From: Bacillota bacterium
GTDB lineage: Bacteria > Bacillota > Clostridia > Christensenellales > CAG-138
Direction: 5' to 3'
Length of the DNA stretch: 64,000 nucleotides
NCBI GenBank assembly: GCA_023435025.1
Contig: JAEYSE010000093.1
Location: 10,073 to 74,072, forward strand
A program made the position numbers and the translations under genes. Positions 46,382-57,385 of this stretch are shown piece by piece. The notes beneath the pieces are model-generated. The model saw nothing but the letters and a program-made list of their open reading frames with translations, was not told the DNA's origin and did not search any database. The number at the start of each line of letters is the position of its first letter. The first letter of the stretch is position 1.

Positions 46382-47284
46382 TTACAAGCTCCGCACAGGC
46401 CGCGCCTCGATGTATCCACGGTAACCCTGCGGCTCCAGCTGAATGCGCGGGCCATCCTCATCCGCCCAGGTAAAGCCGTACAGCTTTGGATCGTAGCGGT
46501 CCATCGCCTCCATGACATACCCGACCTCTTCCATAAACATTTCGTCGTCATAAGGCGCGCCCTGGAACACCATCAGCTTGCAGGGCGGCAAGTCGATGAG
46601 CTCATACCCTTCGGGCACGGCGTTCGCATAGTGCACAGGCACTTCCACACCCTGCACATACTTAGAGGTGCCGGGTTTGATCAATGCTTCGGGCAACCAC
46701 ATGCCCACAGGTTCATAAAGCGCCTCTTTTACGCTCACCAGCATTGGCCACACGTCGCAGCCGACTTCTTCGCAGTAGGCAAAATACTCCTCTGCTTTTA
46801 CGCCCCGGCGGATAAGCGCCTTGCGCTCAGGACGCTCGATGACCTGCACGAATATGGTGCGATCCTTCTTTTCTTCCATTCTCTTCTCTTCCTTTTCTTT
46901 TAAAATCCGGGGGTAGGCCGAAGCCGGAAAGGGCAGGAACAGCTGGATCGGCGGCGTTGTTGCGCTGTACTTTTTGGGAGGCAGCCCGAACGCACGCGTG
47001 AACGCGCGGGTAAACCCCTCATGCGAGTCAAACACAAAATCGAGCGCCACATCCAGCACGCGGGCCTCATGGTCCCTTAAATACAGCGCGGCGCGGGAAA
47101 GCCGCCTTGCGCGCAGGTACGCAAACGGGGCTTTGCCCGTGTGCGCCTGAAACATACGCGCGCTGTGGTAAGGCGAATACCCTGCAGCGTTTGCAAGCTG
47201 ATACAGCGTAATGGGTTCAAACAGATGCTCCTCGATATACGCCTGCATCCTACGGACTGCCTTCACCGCTTCTGGAAGTTCCAT
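46382..47284 (-). CDS. AraC-family regulator with GyrI-like effector-binding domain
   Basis: N-terminal AraC HTH pair (LANAAGYSPYHSARMFQAHTGKAPFAYLRARRL...GFTRAFTRAFG). The C-terminal roughly 150-aa domain is GyrI-like. Confidence 0.85.
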   Translation of the reverse strand: MELPEAVKAVRRMQAYIEEHLFEPITLYQLANAAGYSPYHSARMFQAHTGKAPFAYLRARRLSRAALYLRDHEARVLDVALDFVFDSHEGFTRAFTRAFGLPPKKYSATTPPIQLFLPFPASAYPRILKEKEEKRMEEKKDRTIFVQVIERPERKALIRRGVKAEEYFAYCEEVGCDVWPMLVSVKEALYEPVGMWLPEALIKPGTSKYVQGVEVPVHYANAVPEGYELIDLPPCKLMVFQGAPYDDEMFMEEVGYVMEAMDRYDPKLYGFTWADEDGPRIQLEPQGYRGYIEARPVRSL

Positions 47285-47514
47285 ACCCTCTCCCCCTTGC
47301 TACCAATATACCTCGCGCAACCGCTAGTTTCTTGACCGCGCTTGCTGAAAAGTAAGCGAACCGTTTGCCGACGTGTATCATGTTTCTCCTTGCCAGTTTT
47401 CTTGCAGACAGTACAACGTGCCATGCCCTTTTATCGTTTCCTCGGGTTCGGATTTTTCATGGCAGATCCCGACCTTCCAAACATTTCAAAAAGAATCTTT
47501 ATGCAAAATTTCTC

Positions 47515-47541
47515 TAAGTTCCTGCACAAATATCACGATAT
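47515..47541 (+). promoter_or_regulatory. sigma-D (sigma-28/FliA)-type promoter
   Basis: TAAG-15 nt-CACGATAT, 58 nt upstream of the MCP start. Confidence 0.5.
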
Positions 47542-47598
47542 TATACCCATCACATTAGCCGTCCCCGGTACACACGGTTTGCCTGAAAGGAGATCATT

Positions 47599-50058
47599 AT
47601 GAAAAGGAAGCGCCTGTTTTCCGCCGGAACTTTTAAAAAGCTTTCTGTACGCATCCCGCTGTTGGTCAGCCTGATGTTCGCGGTGGTCATGCTCGCGCTG
47701 CTTTTGGTTGCACGCACAGTGCTGATGAATTCCATGACCAGCTTTACGCAAAAGGACATCGCATCGCTTGCCACCGCCAACGCAGATATCGCGGCGGAAT
47801 ATTTAGAAACGATGCAGTTCCAGTCCAAGGCCATGGCGACGTTCTTCTCCCAGCTTGAAGGCAACGCCAGCACCCAGGAAGACAAAGACAAGACCATCCA
47901 GTTTGTGCAGGAAGTGCTGTTTAGCGCCCTGGATGACGAACGGATTTATTCCGTGTTTACCGCGTGGGAGCCCAACAGCTACTTTTACGACACGCCTGGC
48001 GGCATATCCTTCCTCGCTTATCGCAACGGCGGCAAAAACTCCATGGATACGCTCAATAATTATAACAAATATAAGCTGCAGGACTACTATAGTTCTATCA
48101 AAAAGAATCTCAAACCGCACATGACGGAGCCATATATAACCAAGCTTGCTAACGGCGTAGAAGTGCTGACCATCACCATCAGCAACCCTATACTCGACAG
48201 CAGCGGCAATTTTGTGGGCGTGGCCAGCTGCAATATACGGGTGGATACCATCAACGCGCTCTCCTACAATACGGGCGGGTATGAGACCTCTTACCAGTAC
48301 CTCCAGACGGATGAGAAAGCATACATCGCCCATACGAAAGACTCTTCAAAAATAGGTACCATTGATACCTCCGAAGCCGCCGAAGCGGATGCCGTATCCA
48401 GCGCGACCCTCGAAGAAGGCGTCAGCTTTGCGAAAGGTCAAAGCGAGCTGACCGGCAACGACGCCTATACCGTTTCCGCGCGGTTCTTCATCACGGGAAT
48501 TGACGAACCGCTAATAAGCGTATTCGTTGTGGAAAAGGCGGAAACGGAGCAAGAACTTCATACCACTCTGACCACCGTTACGCTGGGGCTCATTGGCGTG
48601 CTGGTCGTGATTGCGCTGATATTGATGCTGGTCATGCGTAAGGCGCTAAGCCCCGTTGGCCAGATTGTAAAGCTTGCTACGGACGTAAAAAATGGCATAC
48701 TGGACACGGATATCATCATTCGCTCCAAGGATGAACTGCTGGATCTTTACAACGCCGTCAACGACATCCGCTTTACTTCCAAACAACTTGTTGCCGACTC
48801 CGTCAGGCTGACCGAAGCTGCGACAGCGGGCAGGCTGAATGAGCGCGCGGACGCCGGGCAGCATGAAGGCGAATACAAGCGATTGGTGGAAGGCATCAAC
48901 AGCACACTCGACGCCATTGTGGAGCCGATCGTCGAAGTGATCGAAATGCTCCGTCAGATAGAGCGCGGCAACCTCTCCACGCGCATCGACAAAGAATACC
49001 AAGGCGACTTTGCGGTGGTGCGCGATACCCTGAACGATACCATCGACGCACTCAACCATTATATTTCAGAAACCAGGCGCGTATTAAGCGCCGCCGCAGA
49101 GGGCGACCTCACCAAGTCCATTTCTTCCGAATTCAATGGGGATTTTGACGAGCTGAAAGCCTCGGTCAACGCCATTGTGGATACGCTCAACAGCACGTTT
49201 TACAGCATCGGCGCGGCGGCTGAACAGGTGGCTTCCGGCACGCGCCAGGTGGCGGACGGCAGCCAAAGCATTTCCCAGGGCGCTACGGAACAGGCAAGCG
49301 CAATTGAGGAACTAACGGCAACCATTACCGAAATCGCCGCCCAGACCAAGGAGAACGCAAAGAGCGCAAATATCGCAAACGAGCTTTCCATTGCCGCAAA
49401 GGAAGAAGCAGCCAGGGGCACCGGGCATATGCAGAACCTGCAGCGAGCGATGGAGGAAATCAATGAAGGTTCTGTGAATATCAAGAAGATCATCAAGGTG
49501 ATCGACGAGATTGCTTTCCAGACCAACATACTGGCACTCAACGCAGCGGTGGAAGCAGCCCGCGCAGGCCAGCACGGCCGAGGTTTCGCCGTGGTGGCGG
49601 AGGAAGTCAGAAATCTCGCCGGCCGCAGCGCGCAGGCCGCGAAGGAAACCACTGAGCTCATTCAGGGTTCTATTAAGAAGGCCGAGGCAGGCACCAAAAT
49701 TGCGAACAGCACGGCAGCATCGCTTGCGAACATTGTAACGAGTGTGGATAAGACCGTGGAGCTGGTGGGTCAGATCGCCGTGGCCTCAAACGAACAGGCG
49801 ACGGGTATTGCTCATGTAAATCGCGGTGTAGATCAGCTCTCCGACGTGGTGCAGACCAACTCCGCCACCGCAGAGCAAAGCGCGGCCACTACAGAGGAGC
49901 TTTCAGGTCAGGCAATCATGCTTAAAAGCATGGTCGCGCAGGTAAAACTCAAGGACAGCGCTATAGAAGGTGAGCCGGCACCGGCGCAAAGCACACCGAA
50001 AGCAAATCCCCCCACCCCCCTGCAGGAATTTGAAGACGAGGAGTTCGGCAAATATTAA
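47599..50058 (+). CDS. methyl-accepting chemotaxis protein (dCache sensor, HAMP array, MA domain), paralogue of 41393-43972
   Basis: AAAGGAG-ATG. Same architecture as the paralogue, 819 aa. It ends ...FEDEEFGKY. Confidence 0.9.
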   Translation: MKRKRLFSAGTFKKLSVRIPLLVSLMFAVVMLALLLVARTVLMNSMTSFTQKDIASLATANADIAAEYLETMQFQSKAMATFFSQLEGNASTQEDKDKTIQFVQEVLFSALDDERIYSVFTAWEPNSYFYDTPGGISFLAYRNGGKNSMDTLNNYNKYKLQDYYSSIKKNLKPHMTEPYITKLANGVEVLTITISNPILDSSGNFVGVASCNIRVDTINALSYNTGGYETSYQYLQTDEKAYIAHTKDSSKIGTIDTSEAAEADAVSSATLEEGVSFAKGQSELTGNDAYTVSARFFITGIDEPLISVFVVEKAETEQELHTTLTTVTLGLIGVLVVIALILMLVMRKALSPVGQIVKLATDVKNGILDTDIIIRSKDELLDLYNAVNDIRFTSKQLVADSVRLTEAATAGRLNERADAGQHEGEYKRLVEGINSTLDAIVEPIVEVIEMLRQIERGNLSTRIDKEYQGDFAVVRDTLNDTIDALNHYISETRRVLSAAAEGDLTKSISSEFNGDFDELKASVNAIVDTLNSTFYSIGAAAEQVASGTRQVADGSQSISQGATEQASAIEELTATITEIAAQTKENAKSANIANELSIAAKEEAARGTGHMQNLQRAMEEINEGSVNIKKIIKVIDEIAFQTNILALNAAVEAARAGQHGRGFAVVAEEVRNLAGRSAQAAKETTELIQGSIKKAEAGTKIANSTAASLANIVTSVDKTVELVGQIAVASNEQATGIAHVNRGVDQLSDVVQTNSATAEQSAATTEELSGQAIMLKSMVAQVKLKDSAIEGEPAPAQSTPKANPPTPLQEFEDEEFGKY
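49222..49871 (+). repeat. about 650-bp dispersed repeat (MCP signalling-domain coding sequence), copy 2
   Basis: See 43079-43728. Confidence 0.8.
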
Positions 50059-50070
50059 TCCAAAAAACAT

Positions 50071-50100
50071 AAACGCCCTGCGGATCTCCGCAGGGCGTTT
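50071..50100. terminator. bidirectional terminator between convergent genes
   Basis: aaacgccctgcgg-atct-ccgcagggcgttt, flanked by an A run upstream and T residues downstream. It serves the MCP (+) and the 50117-50617 gene (-). Confidence 0.7.
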
Positions 50101-50116
50101 CGTAAGCAGAAAAAAT

Positions 50117-50617
50117 TCAAACCGCCATCAATAAAATTGGCCAGCTCTTGGTATGGGTGCGAAGAAAATTCTCCATCGTATCGATATGTCTTTCATTGCC
50201 GAGTATTGCGTTGAAAAAGCGGAGCTGCCCCGCACCCGCATCCGCAAAAGCAACATAGTGTAAGCCCGTTCTGTGGCGGTATAGCAGTATGCCTGCGCGC
50301 ACGCCATGCTTTGTAAGGCGGAGCGCTTTCTTTCTGCCAATTACATATGTGAGAGAAGGAAACTCCTGACGCTCTAAAAAGCGGTACAGCCGGAAAGGGC
50401 CGGTGCCCAGCATACCTTGGCCTATCCCGCCGCCACTCAATGCAGCATGAATATAAGGCCAGTGCGTATCCCGCCCCATGGCGTGTAAAAAATTAAACGC
50501 GGCAATCCAACCGCACCCACTTTCTTTTGAGGTGCGCAAGCCATAGGGCACATCTTCCAGTTTATACTGGTTGATGATATATCCATCCTCGGAAAAGGCC
50601 TCGCGTGTGATATCCAT
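50117..50617 (-). CDS. hypothetical protein, possibly a papain-fold (C39/BtrH-like) cysteine peptidase
   Basis: GAGGT-6nt-ATG (MDITREAF...). Candidate nucleophile in SGCGWIAAFNFL and candidate His in TGLHYVAF. The functional call is weak. Confidence 0.5.
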   Translation of the reverse strand: MDITREAFSEDGYIINQYKLEDVPYGLRTSKESGCGWIAAFNFLHAMGRDTHWPYIHAALSGGGIGQGMLGTGPFRLYRFLERQEFPSLTYVIGRKKALRLTKHGVRAGILLYRHRTGLHYVAFADAGAGQLRFFNAILGNERHIDTMENFLRTHTKSWPILLMAV

Positions 50618-50703
50618 TGTGTAACCTCGCATGCTCTCTATAAAAGAGTACCTGCTATATATATCGGTTTAATCAGGCAGCCGCTAACACCTTTGGCGTA
50701 TCT

Positions 50704-50738
50704 CCGGAAAAGAAAAGGACGGGTTCTTGCCCGTCCTT
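50704..50738 (-). terminator. rho-independent terminator downstream of pyrG
   Basis: On the minus strand, aaggacggg-caagaa-cccguccuu followed by TTCTTTTCC. Two weaker hairpins lie between it and the pyrG stop. Confidence 0.7.
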
Positions 50739-50841
50739 CTGTATATCGGCAAAGGGATACGTTGAGGGCACTGCCCTCAAACACCGTTTAGGTCCGTACG
50801 CCTTAAGAACCAATCCCAAACGCCCTAAAAGGGCGTTTACA

Positions 50842-52479
<1,638 letters not shown>

Positions 52480-52547
52480 CTATGCATTATACTTTTTTCG
52501 GCTGTAGAAATAAGCGTCTTTTTCCTTATTCTAGCCGTGGTTGCCGT

Positions 52548-52588
52548 AATATAAAAAAATAAAAAACGCCCCCATGATCAGGAGGCGT
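52548..52588 (-). terminator. rho-independent terminator after the PadR operon
   Basis: On the minus strand, acgccucc-ugaucau-gggggcgu followed by a TTTTTTATTTTTTT run. Confidence 0.8.
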
Positions 52589-52674
52589 TTTAGGCGTTTC
52601 TTTCGAGCCCTTATTAGTATAGCATCACAAGAGATGCCCCGCAAGATTTTTTTCGCGCTGTTTGTTTCTTATAA

Positions 52675-53715
52675 CTACTCTGCCTGAGAAAGCAAAATAT
52701 CCCCCGATGTAGTTCTGATGGAAAGCGTAGCGCTTGGATTTTCTCCGATCTTCCCTGAAGCCCGCTTGTTGTCCTGTATGAAAAACAGCGGCAGCGTGCT
52801 GTTGATATTACCGGAGGTAACGCCAAGTTCCAGGTTGACAGCCGCTTCCTTTGCAAGCTCAACAGATATACGGCCGGAGGTCACACGCAAGTTAAGATCG
52901 CCCTGAGGCAATGCGCTCCCAATTCTGACATCCCCGGATTGCGTGGAAATCTCACCGTGGCCGGTAAACTGCTCCAGCGTAATATTTCCCGATGTTGTTG
53001 AAATATTTTGTCCACCGCCCGTAAGGCTCTCGATACGAATGTTGCCGGATGAGCTTCCGATTGAGCCTGTTCCTTCCAAGGCTTCGAGCGTCGTATCGCC
53101 GGATGTAATCTCCATTGTGTAGCGCCCACTCTTAAGATGAGACAGCCTTATGTTGCCTGAGGATACGCCAAGGCTGAGGTCTTCCGTTTGGATATTGCCG
53201 CCGCGCAAGTCCCCGGAGCTTAGGTGCATCTTCATCGTTTTGAGGGTGAGTCCATCCGGCAGGGTGATGTTGCCGGATGCGGTCGTGAGCTTGAGCGCTT
53301 CGCTGTACCGTTCCGGCAGGTATACTTCCAGCTTTTTGAAGCCGTTAAGTGTCCAGAGCGAGAAAAAATCAACCCGGGGCTGGCTTCTCACCAAGACGCG
53401 TCCGTTGTCAGAAGAAGAAATAAAGCGTTCATCCGACCGAAGCTCCCGGTTTGCAAGCAGCTTCACCTGCAGCTCTTCCTCTTGTGTCAAAATTACGGAG
53501 ATATCCATGCTGGAAAAATCGAATTCCAGTTCATCGATTGCATCGAGCGAAAAGCTTTCTTCCTGCACAGTGCGAATATCCCCCCAGAAGTCTGTATTCC
53601 ATGCGTTTTTTCCGCTGACAGCCCTACTTATCAGCATGGCAAGCGCGCTGAGCAAAAATATCGCGACTGCTCCCCAGATGATAATCCTGATGATAATACT
53701 GTTCCGGTTACTCAT
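52675..53715 (-). CDS. DUF4097-family beta-strand-repeat protein with N-terminal membrane anchor
   Basis: GGGAGGA-ATG overlapping the upstream stop (ATGAGTAA). Repeated SGNI[RT]L / SGD[ILV] strands are typical of DUF4097. Confidence 0.8.
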   Translation of the reverse strand: MSNRNSIIIRIIIWGAVAIFLLSALAMLISRAVSGKNAWNTDFWGDIRTVQEESFSLDAIDELEFDFSSMDISVILTQEEELQVKLLANRELRSDERFISSSDNGRVLVRSQPRVDFFSLWTLNGFKKLEVYLPERYSEALKLTTASGNITLPDGLTLKTMKMHLSSGDLRGGNIQTEDLSLGVSSGNIRLSHLKSGRYTMEITSGDTTLEALEGTGSIGSSSGNIRIESLTGGGQNISTTSGNITLEQFTGHGEISTQSGDVRIGSALPQGDLNLRVTSGRISVELAKEAAVNLELGVTSGNINSTLPLFFIQDNKRASGKIGENPSATLSIRTTSGDILLSQAE

Positions 53716-54379
53716 GACGGTCCTCCCGAAGCCGGAACACCAGCTTGATGATTGCTTCCACCGCCGCGGCGACAAGGAAAATAATCCAGGCGAACGGCCA
53801 TGTCCGGGGGATCAGGAACCCGATCAGGAAGAAAAGGATGACCGTCACCAGCCACAGGATGGAGGAAATGGACTTGCGAAGCTCCTCGTTCCTGCTGGAA
53901 ACGGACTTCCATTGTTTGAACTCTTCCACCAGCGTATCATCCGCCTTTACATACTTGGGGCGGGACAAAAAGTGGTACACAAGCATGCAGCTGGCCGTTA
54001 CGATAAATACGATCATGATCACCGTCATCACAACCGGGTTCAGGTGGAGCGCCGCAACGCCCAGTATGAGGATAAGCACCCCCAGCATAATGAGCGCCAG
54101 CGCGGTTGTGACAACCATTGCCGTCTTTTTTCTTTGGCGTTGTACTTCAGAGTGATCCATAACATCCGTCTCCTTTAATCCGCGAATCAGTTCGTCCACA
54201 TCCCCGATGCCGCTGACAACATTTTTGAGCGCTTCCTCTTCCGGCATGCCGTGCGCGATCAGATCGTTGTACTTTTCGTTAAGGTTGCCCAAGAGTTCTT
54301 CCTTAAGCTCCATTGCCCTGCGGGTCTTTGGCGCATTCGCAAAGAGCCGCTCTACCGTTACCTCTAATTTTTCGTTCAT
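53708..54379 (-). CDS. membrane protein with permease-prefix domain (PadR-associated)
   Basis: The N-terminal helical region ...ELKEELLGNLNEKYNDLIAHGMPEEEALKNVVSGIGDVDELI is followed by TM segments. It is immediately downstream of PadR. Confidence 0.75.
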   Translation of the reverse strand: MNEKLEVTVERLFANAPKTRRAMELKEELLGNLNEKYNDLIAHGMPEEEALKNVVSGIGDVDELIRGLKETDVMDHSEVQRQRKKTAMVVTTALALIMLGVLILILGVAALHLNPVVMTVIMIVFIVTASCMLVYHFLSRPKYVKADDTLVEEFKQWKSVSSRNEELRKSISSILWLVTVILFFLIGFLIPRTWPFAWIIFLVAAAVEAIIKLVFRLREDRHE

Positions 54380-54391
54380 GGTTTGCTCCCC

Positions 54392-54712
54392 CTACAGCAA
54401 GCTGTCAATTAACGTCTTGGCTTCTTGCCAATCCGCTTTGTTCTTTTCATACGCCGCTCTCCCCGAAGGCGTAATGGAGTAATACCTGCGACGCGCACCC
54501 GTCGTTTCATCCCCCCAGTAGGAGTATATGAGCCCGGCAGCCTCCAGCCGCCTGAAGGCAGAGTACAGCGTAGCCTCCTTGGCTTCATAAGCGCCGCCGG
54601 TCTTTTCCTGTATGGCCTTATTGATCTCATACCCATAGCTGTCCTTGCTAAGAAGCTGAGCGAGTATGATAGTATCCGTATGGCCGCGTATCAGATCCGC
54701 CGTAATAGACAA
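54392..54712 (-). CDS. PadR-family transcriptional regulator
   Basis: 106 aa. LIRGHTDTIILAQLLSKDSYGYEINKAIQEKTGG...LYSAFRRLEAAGLI...RRYYSITPSG. Confidence 0.9.
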   Translation of the reverse strand: MSITADLIRGHTDTIILAQLLSKDSYGYEINKAIQEKTGGAYEAKEATLYSAFRRLEAAGLIYSYWGDETTGARRRYYSITPSGRAAYEKNKADWQEAKTLIDSLL

Positions 54713-54886
54713 CCCGATGCCCCCTTCCTGTTTTTTCCTAACGTGTTATATCATATTATGCAATACCTCGCCTGTCAAGGTATATTAAAAAATAAAATAT
54801 CTCGAATATGAAAAAAACGTCTTGTCCGTTTCCATTTTTGCGTAATTGCTTTATACTGTAACCATATAAGCAAAGGGGGCTACCGC

Positions 54887-56269
54887 ATGTCGCTCAAGGA
54901 TATGCCCTGCCAGGAAGGATGCCTGACTCTGTTCAGCGCGCTCAACCGTTTTACGGTGCTCCGGGATTCATTGCAGGAGCAGCCGTTTGCCTGCCTCGCC
55001 TCGATGCTCTCGCATCTGTTGCAGAATGATCCGCTTGCCGCAGCAAAGGACTATCATGCACTTTGCGCCGCGCTGCTGAGCGGCAGGTACCGCCGTGTAA
55101 GTGGGGATCTGTTCCGGGACTTTTTAATTTGGGTGCTGACCGAACGTGAAAATCCGTTTTCCGCCGCCGCCGCGCGCGGCGTGTGGGACGAGCCCCTCTC
55201 TACCGCAATGCGTGCGGATCTTAAGCGAATGGACGTGCTCTTTTCGCTCAACAGCGTCATTGCCAAACGGTGGATCGGCGAAAAAGCGCGCGATCAGCGC
55301 AACGCCCGCCGCACGCCACAAAAGGATAATATCAGCGTGCTTTCTTCCGCCGTATGGGGGGGGACGACCAACCGGCCTCTGCCCCAGACTACGCCTGCCG
55401 CGGTCCCTGCCTCTGTGCCCGAGCCTCTCCCGCTGCCCATAGACGAAAACGACTTCATCAGCTGGCGTTACCAGACGGAAGAGCAAAAGGACCCCTACGC
55501 TGCAGACGCATCTTTGGAGGAGCTCTACGTAAGGCTTGATAATTCGTCGGACCGCGGGCTGCTGCTGGATGACCTCTGGAATTACGCCGCAACCTGCGGG
55601 TATGGCGTGTTTACACGCTACCGGCTTTTCCTGGTGGATGAAGACGGCACGCTTTCGGGTCTTAGCCCTCACTCCCTACCCGAAGAGGACGCGTTTACGT
55701 TCTACCAGGCCCAGCGTGAGCAGGCCATGCACAACGCCATCCGCTTTATGCGCGGAGAAAAGGCGCAGAACTTTTTGCTGACGGGCGGTGCCGGCGCGGG
55801 CAAGACCACACAGATATTTTCGCTTGCGCGGGAGCTGCCCGAGCTCCGGTTGGTTTACTGCCCGCCAGGGCATTTGCCCGGTTTGACGCGCGCGCTGCCG
55901 CAGCTTTTAAAGCAGCCGTTAAAGTTCCTGCTATTCCTGGATGAATTCGATTCGCAGGACCCTGCGTGGCCCCGGCTCCGCGCGGCACTTTCCCTGACGC
56001 TTTTGACAGAAACCAACCTGCTCTTCTGCGCTGCGGCAAGAAAGGCGGAGGACGCGTTCTTCCCGCTTCGCATCAGCCTCCCGCCCCCGCAACTGAAGGA
56101 ATTTATAGAACTTGTTCAGTTCACTTTGCTGCGGGAGGGCAAGGACGTGGATGTGGACAGCATCCAGAACGCCTGCATCGATTATGCGGCCGCTGCCGGG
56201 GTAAACGGCGGTTCCCCGCTTTCCTTCCGCTCCGCCGCTGCAATTGCACAGGAATTGCTGGGAAGGTAG
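54887..56269 (+). CDS. P-loop ATPase (DUF815/COG2607-like) with long N-terminal extension
   Basis: AAAGGGGG-7nt-ATG. Walker A LLTGGAGAGKTT. Walker B-like KFLLFLDEFD. I recognise nothing in the N-terminal roughly 270 aa. Confidence 0.7.
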   Translation: MSLKDMPCQEGCLTLFSALNRFTVLRDSLQEQPFACLASMLSHLLQNDPLAAAKDYHALCAALLSGRYRRVSGDLFRDFLIWVLTERENPFSAAAARGVWDEPLSTAMRADLKRMDVLFSLNSVIAKRWIGEKARDQRNARRTPQKDNISVLSSAVWGGTTNRPLPQTTPAAVPASVPEPLPLPIDENDFISWRYQTEEQKDPYAADASLEELYVRLDNSSDRGLLLDDLWNYAATCGYGVFTRYRLFLVDEDGTLSGLSPHSLPEEDAFTFYQAQREQAMHNAIRFMRGEKAQNFLLTGGAGAGKTTQIFSLARELPELRLVYCPPGHLPGLTRALPQLLKQPLKFLLFLDEFDSQDPAWPRLRAALSLTLLTETNLLFCAAARKAEDAFFPLRISLPPPQLKEFIELVQFTLLREGKDVDVDSIQNACIDYAAAAGVNGGSPLSFRSAAAIAQELLGR

Positions 56270-56338
56270 GCCATAGATACTGCGTGGCCCGCATACCATA
56301 TGAGTTGATGGTATTATTTATTGAAGAGAGGTATCGCT

Positions 56339-57370
56339 ATGGATTCCATGACGCCGTATCCGCCATTGGTCCGCGCCCCACTTCGCATGCGCGGGATATT
56401 CGGTATTGCCTGGCAGCTCTACAAGCGAGGCTTTTGGCAGTTGTTTTTGGTATCCCTCTTATTGGTTGGCCTGCCTGTACTGCTGGTAATGCTGCCGTAT
56501 TTCTCCATGATAAATATGGTGTTACCTGATATCCAAAGCGAATTTGCCCAGTTCGGCCAGTTAAGCGACTTCTCTACGGGAGCCGGCTTTCAGCAAGTGG
56601 GCGCAATGCTGGGTTCCATGCTTCTGGTATGCCTTGTTGGCCTTGTTTGGGGATTTCTGTTCATGCCCATGTACCAGGGCGCGGTCTATCTGGAGATGGA
56701 AGAACGCATGGAAGGGCGCGCCGGTACGCTGGGGCAGATCTTCCGCTACGCCCTGCCCATTGGCCTCAAGCGGTTTTATACCACATTCCTTGCCCAGTAT
56801 GTTCTGCAGATGGGGTTTGGTTTGGTAGTCTCCGTTATATACACGTTTGGTGTCTTCGGTATGGTTTTTTCCGCTATATCATCCTTTCGTGATTTAGAGA
56901 ACGGAGCTCTGCCCACGCCTTTCCTGATCACGTTTGGTATCGTGATTGCGTTGATATTCCTGCTCGCCTTGATCTTTTATACGTTTATTGCGCTCATCTA
57001 CCCTGTTGCGGCGCATGAAAAAAAGTTTGCGTTCGCAGCCATAGGCCGCACGTTCAAACTGACCATCCGGCACTTCTGGCGCATATTGGGCGCTACGCTG
57101 CTCTGTTCGCTTGTTGTCGGCCTGCTTTCATGGATCTTGTGCTTGCCCGCGCTGCTTTTGTGGCAGAATGTTGAGGCGATGTTTGTCCTCCTTGTGGTTC
57201 TGTCCGCCGTTGGATCGGCTTTTACCGCCCCTTACGCCGCCGCGTTCCGCACCGCGCTGTACGTAGATATCGCGGCACGCGTGGATGGGCCGGAATACTC
57301 CGTGATCGACCCGGACACCGTGCCTGACCCCGATCCGGATGAATTGCGCGACGGGCCGCGAACGCTCTAA
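56339..57370 (+). CDS. polytopic membrane protein of unknown function, tandem paralogue A
   Basis: GAAGAGAGG-7nt-ATG (MDSMTPYPPL...). Five to six hydrophobic segments. Acidic Pro-rich tail IDPDTVPDPDPDELRDGPRTL. Confidence 0.75.
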   Translation: MDSMTPYPPLVRAPLRMRGIFGIAWQLYKRGFWQLFLVSLLLVGLPVLLVMLPYFSMINMVLPDIQSEFAQFGQLSDFSTGAGFQQVGAMLGSMLLVCLVGLVWGFLFMPMYQGAVYLEMEERMEGRAGTLGQIFRYALPIGLKRFYTTFLAQYVLQMGFGLVVSVIYTFGVFGMVFSAISSFRDLENGALPTPFLITFGIVIALIFLLALIFYTFIALIYPVAAHEKKFAFAAIGRTFKLTIRHFWRILGATLLCSLVVGLLSWILCLPALLLWQNVEAMFVLLVVLSAVGSAFTAPYAAAFRTALYVDIAARVDGPEYSVIDPDTVPDPDPDELRDGPRTL

Positions 57371-57385
57371 ACGGAGGTGCAAGCT

